Shown: positions 37,524 through 47,558 of the stretch, piece by piece | Numbering within the stretch: the stretch's first letter is position 1 | How the letters are laid out: the number at the start of each line of letters is the position of its first letter | Assembly (NCBI GenBank): GCA_013816135.1 | Contig: JACDEV010000003.1 | Location: forward strand, 1 to 61,815 | Length of the DNA stretch: 61,815 nt | Origin: Patescibacteria group bacterium | GTDB taxonomy: Bacteria > Patescibacteriota > Minisyncoccia > Phycocordibacterales > DATDWN01 | Direction of reading: 5' to 3' | Notes under the pieces: generated by a model | What the model was told of the DNA's origin: nothing | The model's input: the letters and a program-made list of their open reading frames with translations, nothing else | The model's database searches: none | Translations under genes and position numbers: made by a program

Positions 37524-37714
37524 TAATTTATTTTTGCTATTCCGTTTCAATGCTTGGTATACTATAGGTATGTCGAAAGGAGAAACATACAAAAAAGAAA
37601 AGAAGAAGCCAAAGAAGAATAAGTAATAGTCTGATATGGTCTTATTCATCCCTTCATTTATAGCCGGTATTTATCGTGCTTCACTTTCATCCTCAGATAG
37701 AATATAATTATTTG

Positions 37715-38161
37715 ATGAATAAGCCAGCTTCCCTTGAAGAAATCCGACGATCACATAGGCCTCTAAGGAACGTAAATATAGAACACAAGGAAAACTTATC
37801 AAAGCTCGAGAAATTTGCTGTTTGGGTGACAGACAATATAGGCACGATGGGATTCTTCTTCTTTATTCTTGCATTCAACATCCTGTGGATACTGTGGAAT
37901 GTCTTTGCGCCAAGAGAATTTGTTTTTGACTCAAGTTGGAGTTTCCTCGTTCTGCTATTTATAAACAACATCCTTCAAATCCTGTTCATGCCTCTTATTA
38001 TGGTTGGGCAGAATTTGCAAGGACGACATTCAGAAGCTAGAGCGGAAGCTGATTTTGAGGTAAATACTAAAGCAGAAAAGGAGATTGAAACAATACTCCT
38101 ACACCTTGAAAACCAAAATGATCTAATCTTGGAGATAATAGATAAGCTAAAAACAAACTAG
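37715..38161 (+). CDS. DUF1003 membrane protein
   Basis: LSKLEKFAVWVTDNIGTMGFFFFIL ... two TM helices, then a charged coiled tail. The ATG at 37715 is preferred over the GTG at 37676. Confidence 0.65.
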   Translation: MNKPASLEEIRRSHRPLRNVNIEHKENLSKLEKFAVWVTDNIGTMGFFFFILAFNILWILWNVFAPREFVFDSSWSFLVLLFINNILQILFMPLIMVGQNLQGRHSEARAEADFEVNTKAEKEIETILLHLENQNDLILEIIDKLKTN

Positions 38162-38547
38162 TCTTTTTTTAGTTCGGATTCTAAGTTCTCGATTTTTTCC
38201 TCGACCCGTTCAAGAGTTTTTTGCATTTTCTTTATTTGCTCTTCTTCGGTTTCTATCTCTTCTATAGTCTTGTCCGAGAGCTTTTTTTCTCCTGATAGTC
38301 CCGAAATTATTAGCCGGTTTCCAACAAAGGCTGAAACGAAGATCCCCGTAACAAGAAGGATTACTCCCCCAATAATAAGTGAAATAAAAGAATTCAGATA
38401 AGCATCATCAGCTAAGTGCCAAACCCCTCGCCAAAACAAGATAACTCCAACACCTCCAATAAAAGCATAAACAAAAGGGAATCTAGAGAGTTTTGCTCTG
38501 GTCTTATCCTCTAATTTATCGAAATAGTTAAAAATTTTCTTAGTCAT
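38158..38547 (-). CDS. small membrane protein with a C-terminal coiled coil
   Basis: Two TM helices. The ATG at 38547 (MTKKIFNYF) is preferred; the longer ORF would overlap the next gene's start. Confidence 0.5.
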   Translation of the reverse strand: MTKKIFNYFDKLEDKTRAKLSRFPFVYAFIGGVGVILFWRGVWHLADDAYLNSFISLIIGGVILLVTGIFVSAFVGNRLIISGLSGEKKLSDKTIEEIETEEEQIKKMQKTLERVEEKIENLESELKKD

Positions 38548-38590
38548 AATTAGCTTTGAATAATCATACACTAATAGTATTATTATTTCT

Positions 38591-39337
38591 ATGAATGATA
38601 AAAAAGTAATAATTTGTGATTTGGACGGCACTTTAGCACCTAGCAAATCTGCTGTTTCTTCAGAAATGGCTGAAACTATTTCAAAGATACTTGTTTCTCA
38701 TAAACTAGCGATTATATCTGGCGGAGGATATTCTCAATTTCAGAAACAATTTCTTTCAGAGCTTACCCCAAGCGAGAATTTTAAAAACCTATATTTGTTT
38801 CCGACAATGGGAAGTACATGTTATATATGGGATGTTGAAAGTAAAAAATGGAAGCAATCTTATGATGAGTCTATGACTCCCGAACAACGTGATGAAATTG
38901 TCTTAGCTTGTGAAAAATTGATTAAAGATGAAAGTTTGGATGTTCTTGCTTCCTATGGAGAAAGAGTTGAGGATAGGGGAAGTCAGGTTACTTTCTCAGC
39001 ATTAGGTCAGGAAGCTCCTCTGGATTTGAAGGAAAAATGGGATCCTACACAAGAAAAAAGACGTCGTTTTGTTGAGATTTTGAAGACTTACATACCTAAA
39101 TATGAGATCAGGATTGGAGGTATGACCTCAATAGATATCACTAAAAGTGGTCTAGATAAGGCTTATGCTATAGGAAAAATAAAAGAATTGCTTAAGATTG
39201 AAGAGAGAGAAATGGTGTTTATAGGTGATGCACTTTATGAAGGTGGAAATGATGCTCCGATAAAGAAAACAGGCGTGGATTATATTCAGCAAAGCGGACC
39301 AGAAGAAACTTTAGAGTATTTGATGCAACTCGTTTAA
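38591..39337 (+). CDS. HAD-IIB hydrolase, phosphomannomutase-like
   Basis: ICDLDGTLAPSKS (DxDGT motif I). GDALYEGGNDAP motif IV region. Confidence 0.7.
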   Translation: MNDKKVIICDLDGTLAPSKSAVSSEMAETISKILVSHKLAIISGGGYSQFQKQFLSELTPSENFKNLYLFPTMGSTCYIWDVESKKWKQSYDESMTPEQRDEIVLACEKLIKDESLDVLASYGERVEDRGSQVTFSALGQEAPLDLKEKWDPTQEKRRRFVEILKTYIPKYEIRIGGMTSIDITKSGLDKAYAIGKIKELLKIEEREMVFIGDALYEGGNDAPIKKTGVDYIQQSGPEETLEYLMQLV

Positions 39338-39401
39338 AAATATTATAAAAAAAGGGTATAAGTCTTTATACTTGTATATGTGTATATGGTAAAATTTATT
39401 C

Positions 39402-39743
39402 ATGAAGCCAACTATCGAACATAGGCCATGGGGGTCTTTTACGACTTTTACAAAAAATGAAACTTCGACAGTTAAGATTTTGAATATAAAAAAAGGTGAA
39501 GAATTAAGCCTTCAATATCATAATAATAGGGAAGAATTTTGGAAAGTATTAGACGGTACGCCTATGGTCACAATAGGTGATGAAGTTAAAAGTCTTAAGG
39601 AAGGAGAAGAGGTTACCGTTAAATCAAATACTAAACACCGGATTTCTGCTCCAAATGATGATGTAAGGATGTTGGAAATATCAACGGGAAATTTTGATGA
39701 AGAAGATATAGTGAGGGTAGAAGATAAATACAATCGTATATAA
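39402..39743 (+). CDS. cupin, mannose-6-phosphate isomerase type II C-terminal-domain-like
   Basis: HRPWGSF ... LSLQYHNNREEFW ... HRISAP pattern. Confidence 0.7.
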   Translation: MKPTIEHRPWGSFTTFTKNETSTVKILNIKKGEELSLQYHNNREEFWKVLDGTPMVTIGDEVKSLKEGEEVTVKSNTKHRISAPNDDVRMLEISTGNFDEEDIVRVEDKYNRI

Positions 39744-41605
39744 TGAAATATCAAAAAGCTCTTACAAAAAAAATCGCCAGTGTTCCATTGGGGGTTATTG
39801 TTTTGGATTCGATTGTATGTCTTTTGGTGAGAGTAGATAAAAAGATAAGTAGTTCACTTTATTTTTTAGCAAGTGGAAATGGAATTGATTTCACCAATGA
39901 CCCTACTAGGGTCAGTCTCGTTCATTCGTCAGGTAAAAAAGAAAAAATAAGTTTATGCGAGAATTTTTCTTTCTCACAAACTTCATCTGGGTTCCTCATG
40001 ACATACACAAGAAGAGGACTGACAAAATCAAAGAATGTTCTGGTTATCGCCAAATCAAAAGATCTTTTTGAATGGATAATTAAGTCGGAAATAGAAGCTA
40101 AGGATTCTACACACTCAACATTATTTTACAATAAAGAAAGAAATGAATTTGAACTTTATCGGGACGGACTTTTTGTTCGTAGTCAAACCTCAAAAACAGC
40201 CTCAGTTTGGAAAGAACAATTTACTTTGTTGTTTACCTCAAGAAATGGTCAGTTTGACTCTGAAAAACTTCTTATTATTGGATCTCTCTTAACTCGTGAT
40301 GGCTTAGTTTTGTTTTATGATGCAACTATTATGCACAAAGGAGCTGCATTACTTCAAGTAGGGTCTGTAGTGGTAAAAGATAATAAAGTAACGTGGCGAT
40401 CAAATTCACCTATATGGCAAGGCTTAGCTGAAACAAGTACAGGAAATCTTCCAATCAAGCCACTTGGAATTATTAATTTCAAAGGAAACTTTTTGGTCTA
40501 TTGGATTACAGCTAAAAATGAGATTATCGTCGCGACTATTCCTAAATTATTTAAAGAAGTTGAGGAAAGCCGATATCATCCAAAAATTCTAAAGAGGTTT
40601 ATTGGAAATCCTATCATTGAACCCACTCATAGAAGCTGGGAAGATGAAGGAACTTTTAATCCTGCTGTAGTTGAGGATGATGAAGGAACAATACATCTTT
40701 TATATAGAGCAATTGGTCGTGATGGAATATCAAGAGTCGGATATGCCAAGAGTAAGAATGGAACTTATTTTACAAAACGATCTGCTCACCCAGTTTTCGA
40801 GCCAAGTATGGGATTTGGATTACCAGATTCTGAAAAAGCAGAGGGTCCTATTGGCTATCACCCTGCTATGTATACTTCTGGCGGGGGTTGGGGTGGAGCT
40901 GAAGATCCAAGAGCTGTGCTAATAGAAGATAAGGTTTATATGACATATGTTGCATTTGAGGGTTGGAATTCTGTAAGGATTGCTTTGACCTCCATCAGTG
41001 TTGATGATTTCAAAAAAGGAAACTGGAATTGGAAAAAACCTATCCATCTTTCTTCACCGGGAAAAATAAATAAGAATTGGCTTTTATTTCCGGAAAAGAT
41101 AAAAGGAAAATTTGCTATTCTTCATAGCATCGCTCCAAAGGTTCAAATAGAATATGTTAAAAATATAGATAAGATGGAGAATTTTATCGAAAGTTCCAGG
41201 AAGGAAGGTCCACAACCTGGCCGAAATAATAAATGGGATGGATTGTTGCGCGGAGGTGGGCCTCCACCTATAAAAACTGAATTAGGGTGGCTATTGCTAT
41301 ACCATGCTCTAGATAATAAGGATTCTGGAAAATATAAACTAGGAGCTATGATTTTAGATGTAAAAGATCCCACACAGATTTTACATCGTTCAGCTCATCC
41401 TATTCTTTCACCAGATATGCATTATGAAAATAATGGGAAGCCAGGAGTTGTCTATGCTTCCGGAGCAATAATTAGAGGTGATGACCTGTATGTTTATTAT
41501 GGTGGGGCAGATAAGGTAGTTTGTGTTGCGACTACTCCGCTCAAAAAGTTTTTAAAATATATGATAGATAAGGACTCTGAAGTTTATTCTTTAAAAACAG
41601 CATAA
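39743..41605 (+). CDS. GH130-family (beta-mannoside phosphorylase-like) protein with an N-terminal domain of unknown function
   Basis: The C-terminal 330 aa have FNPAVVEDDEGTIHLLYRAIG, AEDPR, YYGGADK typical of GH130. Confidence 0.7.
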   Translation: MKYQKALTKKIASVPLGVIVLDSIVCLLVRVDKKISSSLYFLASGNGIDFTNDPTRVSLVHSSGKKEKISLCENFSFSQTSSGFLMTYTRRGLTKSKNVLVIAKSKDLFEWIIKSEIEAKDSTHSTLFYNKERNEFELYRDGLFVRSQTSKTASVWKEQFTLLFTSRNGQFDSEKLLIIGSLLTRDGLVLFYDATIMHKGAALLQVGSVVVKDNKVTWRSNSPIWQGLAETSTGNLPIKPLGIINFKGNFLVYWITAKNEIIVATIPKLFKEVEESRYHPKILKRFIGNPIIEPTHRSWEDEGTFNPAVVEDDEGTIHLLYRAIGRDGISRVGYAKSKNGTYFTKRSAHPVFEPSMGFGLPDSEKAEGPIGYHPAMYTSGGGWGGAEDPRAVLIEDKVYMTYVAFEGWNSVRIALTSISVDDFKKGNWNWKKPIHLSSPGKINKNWLLFPEKIKGKFAILHSIAPKVQIEYVKNIDKMENFIESSRKEGPQPGRNNKWDGLLRGGGPPPIKTELGWLLLYHALDNKDSGKYKLGAMILDVKDPTQILHRSAHPILSPDMHYENNGKPGVVYASGAIIRGDDLYVYYGGADKVVCVATTPLKKFLKYMIDKDSEVYSLKTA

Positions 41606-43506
41606 TGTTTGTAGTTAGACGTTCAAAAAATAATCCTATAATTTCTCCCACGAAAGAAAGTTCGTTTGACAGTTTTTCAGCATTCAATGGAAATCCAATC
41701 GAAGTAGGAAACAGTATTCAGTTACTTTATAGGGCCCAATCATTACCTCAAAGTTTTGAAAATCATCAATTTTCACTTTCAGTTATTGGAAAAGCTGGGA
41801 GTTCAGATGGTGTTCATTTTAAAGATAAAAAAGAATTTATTATTCCCGAAGAAGTCTGGGAAAGATTTGGTTTAGAGGATCCAAGAGTAACAAAAATTGA
41901 TGGAAAGTATTATATTTTTTATACTGCCTTATCCGTTTTTCCTTTCAGTGGCGACGGTATTAAGGTTGGAGTAGCTATTAGCAAGGATATGAAGGTTATA
42001 GAGGAAAAACATTTAGTTACTCCTTTCAATGCCAAAGCCATGACTTTATTTCCAGAAAAAATAAATGGAAAATATTTGGCTTTACTTTCCGTCAACACTG
42101 ATAAACCTCCTGCACAGATAGCTATAGCTGAATTTGATAAAATAGAAGAAATATGGGATCCAAAATATTGGAATAAGTGGTATAAAGAATTAGAAAAACA
42201 TATATTAAAGATTCCTAAGTTATCATCAGACCAAGTGGAAGTCGGAGCCACACCGATAAAAACTAAAGAGGGATGGTTAATGATTTATTCACATATAAAA
42301 AATTATTTTTCAAATGACAAAATCTTTGGCATTGAAGCGCTACTTCTAGATTCAAAAAATCCTCTGAATATTTTGGGAAAAACCCAAGGACCGATTCTTC
42401 TACCAGAAGAATCTTATGAAAAATATGGACAGGCCCCAAATATCGTTTTTCCAAGTGGAGCATTGGTAAAAAAAGATAAACTCATGATCTATTATGGTGC
42501 CACGGACACCACATGTGCTGTAGCTGAAGTATCTTTAGGTCCTTTACTGAAGACACTTAAGTCTCCAAATGAGGCTGGATTCAAAAGACTAACTGCTGGA
42601 CCAATGTTTGTACCTAGAAAAAAAATTGACTGGGAATCTCTAGCAGTATTTAATCCTGCAGCTATTTATCTAGGAGGTAAAACCCATATTTTGTATAGAG
42701 CAATGTCACAGGATAATACATCGGTAGTGGGGTATGTTGAGAGTGTTGATGGTTTGGTAGTGGATTATCAGTCCAATGAGCCTATTTATTCTCCACGAGA
42801 AACTTTTGAAGAAAAAAAAGTACCGGGAGGAAATTCAGGATGTGAAGATCCTCGTCTTACTAAGATAGGAGATGTAATTTATATGTGTTACACGGCATAT
42901 AATGGCATCACTCCTCCTGCTGTCGCTCTAACTTCAATTACGGAGAAGGATTTTCTTGCAAAAAGATGGAATTGGAAAAAACCAGTTCTAATTACTAAAG
43001 AAGGTGTGGATGACAAAGATGGATGTTTGCATCCTGAAAAAGTAAAAGGAAAATATTTTCTATACCATCGGGTAGAAAATATAATCTGTGGAGACTATGG
43101 ATCGACAGTAGAGTTTAAGGAAAAAAATAATTTTCGAAATATTCCAATCCTAAGACCAAGGGCTGGAATGTGGGATTCTAAAAAAGTTGGAATGTCGGTC
43201 CCGCCTATACGCACTGAAAAAGGATGGATTCTTCTTTATCATGGTGTATCAGATGATTCTGTATATCGTGTGGGGGCAATTCTTCTTGATTTGAAGGATC
43301 CAACAGTTGTTCTATCGCGAACAACTGGTTTTTTATTCGAGCCAGTTTTACCTTATGAAAAAAAAGGCCAAGTAAATAATGTAGTATTTCCTTGTGGAGC
43401 AACGGTAAGAAATGGCGTCGTCTATATGTACTATGGAGGGGGAGATAGTGTTGTAGATGTCGCCTCTATGCCACTTAAAGAGCTTTTAAGCGTCCTTTTG
43501 GACTGA
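41605..43506 (+). CDS. tandem double GH130-domain protein
   Basis: Two repeats, each with FN(G/P)..I....I.LLYRA, EDPR, Y.GA.D/YYGGGD. Confidence 0.75.
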   Translation: MFVVRRSKNNPIISPTKESSFDSFSAFNGNPIEVGNSIQLLYRAQSLPQSFENHQFSLSVIGKAGSSDGVHFKDKKEFIIPEEVWERFGLEDPRVTKIDGKYYIFYTALSVFPFSGDGIKVGVAISKDMKVIEEKHLVTPFNAKAMTLFPEKINGKYLALLSVNTDKPPAQIAIAEFDKIEEIWDPKYWNKWYKELEKHILKIPKLSSDQVEVGATPIKTKEGWLMIYSHIKNYFSNDKIFGIEALLLDSKNPLNILGKTQGPILLPEESYEKYGQAPNIVFPSGALVKKDKLMIYYGATDTTCAVAEVSLGPLLKTLKSPNEAGFKRLTAGPMFVPRKKIDWESLAVFNPAAIYLGGKTHILYRAMSQDNTSVVGYVESVDGLVVDYQSNEPIYSPRETFEEKKVPGGNSGCEDPRLTKIGDVIYMCYTAYNGITPPAVALTSITEKDFLAKRWNWKKPVLITKEGVDDKDGCLHPEKVKGKYFLYHRVENIICGDYGSTVEFKEKNNFRNIPILRPRAGMWDSKKVGMSVPPIRTEKGWILLYHGVSDDSVYRVGAILLDLKDPTVVLSRTTGFLFEPVLPYEKKGQVNNVVFPCGATVRNGVVYMYYGGGDSVVDVASMPLKELLSVLLD

Positions 43507-43523
43507 TATGGTATAATCTTTTT

Positions 43524-43829
43524 ATGGATACAAATTTTTTCAAAGCAGATATTTTTTTTGTAGTAACCACAGTAGCAGTAGTTGTTATATCTATCGGGAT
43601 TATTATTGCTCTAGTTTATACCATTAGAATTCTTAGAGATATTAAAAATTTATCAGAAAAAGCAAAGAGTGAAGGGGAAAGGATTTTACAAGAAGTTAAA
43701 TATTTCAGAGAAAATATTTCAGAGAAAAGCTCTTTTATGAGCAGTATGTTATCCAACCTACTCAGTTTTGGTTTAAAAAGAGTGACGAAAAGTCGTCCAC
43801 TAGGCAAAAAAAAAGATATTGATGTATAA
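43524..43829 (+). CDS. hypothetical small membrane-anchored protein
   Basis: N-terminal TM helix, charged C-terminus. Confidence 0.4.
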   Translation: MDTNFFKADIFFVVTTVAVVVISIGIIIALVYTIRILRDIKNLSEKAKSEGERILQEVKYFRENISEKSSFMSSMLSNLLSFGLKRVTKSRPLGKKKDIDV

Positions 43830-43868
43830 TATCTTATTATTAAATTATAATTAAATTCAATCATCAAA

Positions 43869-44282
43869 ATGGCAAAAAACAACACGAACAGTGCGGGAGG
43901 AAATGTAGCAGTGGGTGTAGGACTAGGAATGCTGGCAGCTCTGTCAGCGGGGGCTTATTATCTATATGGAACAAAGGAAGGAGCAACAAGAAGAGTAAAG
44001 ATCCGAGGTTGGATGCTAAAAGCCAAAGGAGAAGTTTTGGAAAAGTTGGAGACTTTGAAAGATGTAAATGAGGGAACATATAATGAATTGATTGATCGGG
44101 TAATGAAGAAATATCAAGGTTTGAAGAATCTCGATCAGGAAGAGGTAGCTATTTTGATTTCCGATTTGAAGAAACATTGGAAGAATATCAAGGGTCGTTT
44201 GAGTCAAGATTCAAAGCCAGCTAAGCCTAGAGCTCGAAAAGCAGCACCAAGAAAACAAGTTAAAAAAGAGGAAAGTAAATAA
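43869..44282 (+). CDS. hypothetical protein (N-terminal TM helix, Lys-rich tail)
   Basis: ORF only. No motif recognised. Confidence 0.4.
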   Translation: MAKNNTNSAGGNVAVGVGLGMLAALSAGAYYLYGTKEGATRRVKIRGWMLKAKGEVLEKLETLKDVNEGTYNELIDRVMKKYQGLKNLDQEEVAILISDLKKHWKNIKGRLSQDSKPAKPRARKAAPRKQVKKEESK

Positions 44283-44295
44283 AATAAAATAAAAT

Positions 44296-44319
44296 AAAAC
44301 TACTCGAGAGAGTAGTTTT
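44296..44319. terminator. bidirectional terminator between convergent genes
   Basis: AAAACTACTC gaga GAGTAGTTTT with A/T runs on both sides. Confidence 0.7.
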
Positions 44320-45490
44320 ATTTTGTGTCTGTAATAGCTAATGAATAATGACAACCTAAGATCATTAAAGTTCCGATAACTATGAATATATATTGAAAAG
44401 GAATGAACTGGAGACTTAGTGTTGCAAGTAATGGTCCGACTATATATGACAATGGTCTTGCTAAACGAAAAAAACTGATAACATCTGTTTTTTCTTGATT
44501 AACCTGTTTGAAAAAATAGCTTTCTGTACTGATTTCAACAAAACTAGCTCCTATACGGGTTATAAATAGAAGCACAGCCCATATCCAGAAGATTTTAGCA
44601 GTGACAAAGCTTATGAATAGAGTTGGAAGTCCCATTACAATAAATCCTATAGTAAGAAACTCTTTTTCTCCATATTTATTATCAGCTAGATTTCCTACAG
44701 GAAGTTCAAATAAAACAAAAGGAAGGAGCATTATAGTAAACATAACGCCGACTTCTGCCCAAGAAAATCCAATTATTTTTATGAGATATAAAGGGACATA
44801 TATGACCATATAAGCATAGAATAACTGCAACAAAAACTGCGAAATGAAAATATTGTAGAGGTTTTTGTTTTTAAGGTATTCTACCAATGTTTCTTTTATT
44901 CTGATTGGGGTAGAGCTTGTAGCCCTGCTGAAATTTAATCTCTTTATTAGATTAAAAAGAGGAACCATTAATCCTGCTGACACAATATAGACATAATTAT
45001 ATGTATTTTGAAATACCAGTAATGCAATCACAGAAGGTGCAAGTACAATAGTTATATTTGTTAAGGTGAGATAAGTGGCTCTTATGCTTCCTGTAACTGA
45101 TTCAGTTGATACACTTTCTACAAATACATCCATATTAAACAGAATAAGTGATATACAAACCAGATGAATTATGAAGTAAAGACCTACAAGGAAAGGGATT
45201 GTGGTTACAGCTAGACCTACCGTTGTAAGAAATTCAAGTATAAGTACGAATAAAGAAAATTTATAACTTCCTAATTTATCCAATATCCTAGATGCATTCA
45301 ACAAGAGAGAAATATCCAATATTGATCCTATTATATACAAAGCAGAGACTTGGGTGTTGGTAAAGATGGTGTTTAAGAAAGACGAATTTATATATATGAC
45401 AAGTGCATAGTGGAAGGAAATAAATACATTTGAAAGAAACAAGGTATTTAGTAATTTGTTTTGTTTGAAAGGAAGGAGTAATTTATCCAT
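44318..45490 (-). CDS. polytopic transporter, MFS-like
   Basis: About 12 hydrophobic helices. The ATG at 45490 (MDKLLLPF) is preferred, because the GTG at 45565 lies inside repeat X. Confidence 0.55.
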   Translation of the reverse strand: MDKLLLPFKQNKLLNTLFLSNVFISFHYALVIYINSSFLNTIFTNTQVSALYIIGSILDISLLLNASRILDKLGSYKFSLFVLILEFLTTVGLAVTTIPFLVGLYFIIHLVCISLILFNMDVFVESVSTESVTGSIRATYLTLTNITIVLAPSVIALLVFQNTYNYVYIVSAGLMVPLFNLIKRLNFSRATSSTPIRIKETLVEYLKNKNLYNIFISQFLLQLFYAYMVIYVPLYLIKIIGFSWAEVGVMFTIMLLPFVLFELPVGNLADNKYGEKEFLTIGFIVMGLPTLFISFVTAKIFWIWAVLLFITRIGASFVEISTESYFFKQVNQEKTDVISFFRLARPLSYIVGPLLATLSLQFIPFQYIFIVIGTLMILGCHYSLAITDTK

Positions 45491-45548
45491 ATTTATATTG
45501 TAGCGCAGAAAAAACTTCTCGTCATGATGAGCATAAAGAATACTTTTG

Positions 45549-45625
45549 TTATTTAGAGTACGCACTTTTCTTGCTAGAAAAGATGCTCGAATCCTCGCGC
45601 CGTCGCGCTCTGAGCCTCTAAATAA
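45549..45625. repeat. GC-rich 63-nt core repeat (copy X) enclosed by a 10-bp flanking stem
   Basis: Core 45556-45618 is 62/63 identical to 52892-52954. TTATTTAGAG (45549-58) pairs with CTCTAAATAA (45616-25). Confidence 0.7.
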
Positions 45626-45637
45626 TAAAAATATTCT

Positions 45638-47536
45638 TTAAACTCCAAGTATCACTGGAATCACAATAGGCTTCTTTGCGGTTTTTTGGAACAAGAATCG
45701 TCCGACATTGTCTGCTAGATTGGATTTAACGAAATCAAAGTTGATTGGGTTCATTCCTCGAGTAGTATCTTCTACAGTCTTTTTGATTATCATTCGAGCA
45801 TTTGATAGAAGCTCCTGTGATTCACGTAGATAAACAAATCCTCTAGCAATGATATCAGGGGACTTCTTAAGTTTTCCGGTTTTGGCGTTGATACTGACGA
45901 TCACTACGAAAATACCGTCTTGAGCTAACATTTTTCTATCTCGTATAACCATTTCTTGAACATTTCCAATAGAAAACCCGTCAACTATCATAATGCTATC
46001 TGGAGCTTGTTCTTTTAGTCTTACGAAGGTCTGTCCTTCATTTTGGATTTCTAATATAGAGCCGTTATCAGGAACAATAATATTTTCTTTCGGCATTCCT
46101 ACTGCAGTTTCAGCTAGATCTTCGTGAACTCTAAGCATGTAGTGATTTCCGTGCATAGGCATAAAGAATTTTGGAGCTATCATTTTGTGCAACCATTCAA
46201 GTTCTCCACGGTTACCGTGACCTGTTGAGTGGATGTAAACATCAGATGTTCTGTAGTGGATTATTTTTGCACCTTGTCTAGCTAAGTTATCTTTTAGTTT
46301 CTGAACAGCTTTTTCGTTTCCAGGAATAATAGATGAAGAGAGGAGCACTGTATCTCTTGGAGTTATCTTGAAATATTTGTGGGTCTTATTGGACATTCGC
46401 ATCAATGCAGCGAATTCATCTCCTTGAGCTCCAGTAGCCAAAACAATGATTCTGTCTGGAGGGTAATTTTCCATATCAGCAGTAGTAATAATAGTTTCCG
46501 GCTTTATTTTCAGCATTCCCATATTGAGAACAATCTCGATATTTGTTTTCATGCTTCGTCCTTCAACTACTACTTTTTTTCCATACTTTTCAGCAATCAT
46601 AACTATTTTCATTACACGTTCAAGCTGGGATGCGAAAGTTCCTATGACCAAACGGCCTTTAGTGTTTTTGATGATGTTATCCAAGTTTTCGTGCACCAAT
46701 CTTTCAGGTGTTGAAAACCCTGGGTTATCAACATTAGTTGAGTCCATCATAAGGAGAAGAACTTTTTCGTTTTTGAATCTTCCGAATTCTTTAAACTCAG
46801 CGTCTGTTGGCACTCCGTCGTTATGGTCTAGTTTGATATCACCAGGAGTAACAATGGCTCCGTAGGGAGTGTCAATTATAATACCCATTGAATCTGGAAT
46901 AGTATGAGTTACAGCAAAAAATCTAACTTTCAGTTTACCGAAACTTATAATGTCTTCCTTCTCAACTATCTTCATATCTAAAGCAGGTAAATGAGGAAAT
47001 TCTTCCTGACGCTTCTTTATCATTATTGAAGTAAGAGCCCGAGTATAAAGAGGGGGATTGCCGATACGATCCATGATGTATGGTATTCCTCCGATATGGT
47101 CTAAGTGACCGTGAGTAATGATTACTCCTCGAATCTTATCTTTTCTATCCTCTAAGTATTTTGTGTTAGGTAAAATATAGTCTACTCCTGGAGTGTCATC
47201 GTCCTTAAATTGAAATCCCATATCGATAACAATAATGTCATCCTTGTATTCAACAATAGTCATATTCTTTCCAACTTCTTCTACTCCTCCAAGGGGAATT
47301 ATACGGATGCTATCTCCTGCTGGTGGAATGATATCGTCAGTTTTTTTTGTCATTCTCATTGGTGGCATGCTTCTCTGAGAGAAAGATCTTTTTGAAAAAC
47401 CTCCTCTACCTCCACGTCCTTGTGCCGGAGCTGTGTGTAGAGATGGTTTTGTTTCTGTAGGTACGCTAGTAGAAAGGGCGTTTTCAAGCGCACTATCGAA
47501 CTTATCTCCACTGTTATTGTCTTTTGTATTATCCAT
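45638..47536 (-). CDS. rnj: ribonuclease J with an N-terminal RGG-like extension
   Basis: Metallo-beta-lactamase HGHLDH, beta-CASP and C-terminal domains. N-terminal GRGGRGGF low-complexity region. Confidence 0.9.
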   Translation of the reverse strand: MDNTKDNNSGDKFDSALENALSTSVPTETKPSLHTAPAQGRGGRGGFSKRSFSQRSMPPMRMTKKTDDIIPPAGDSIRIIPLGGVEEVGKNMTIVEYKDDIIVIDMGFQFKDDDTPGVDYILPNTKYLEDRKDKIRGVIITHGHLDHIGGIPYIMDRIGNPPLYTRALTSIMIKKRQEEFPHLPALDMKIVEKEDIISFGKLKVRFFAVTHTIPDSMGIIIDTPYGAIVTPGDIKLDHNDGVPTDAEFKEFGRFKNEKVLLLMMDSTNVDNPGFSTPERLVHENLDNIIKNTKGRLVIGTFASQLERVMKIVMIAEKYGKKVVVEGRSMKTNIEIVLNMGMLKIKPETIITTADMENYPPDRIIVLATGAQGDEFAALMRMSNKTHKYFKITPRDTVLLSSSIIPGNEKAVQKLKDNLARQGAKIIHYRTSDVYIHSTGHGNRGELEWLHKMIAPKFFMPMHGNHYMLRVHEDLAETAVGMPKENIIVPDNGSILEIQNEGQTFVRLKEQAPDSIMIVDGFSIGNVQEMVIRDRKMLAQDGIFVVIVSINAKTGKLKKSPDIIARGFVYLRESQELLSNARMIIKKTVEDTTRGMNPINFDFVKSNLADNVGRFLFQKTAKKPIVIPVILGV

Positions 47537-47558
47537 TTTTTTTATTATTTTTTATTAT

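Noticed and set aside
45491-45565. GTG start at 45565 for the minus-strand transporter
   Set aside because: The start codon and first residues (MRTLNN) are encoded by repeat X, which also occurs in a non-coding context at 52.9 kb. The internal ATG at 45490 immediately precedes the first TM helix.
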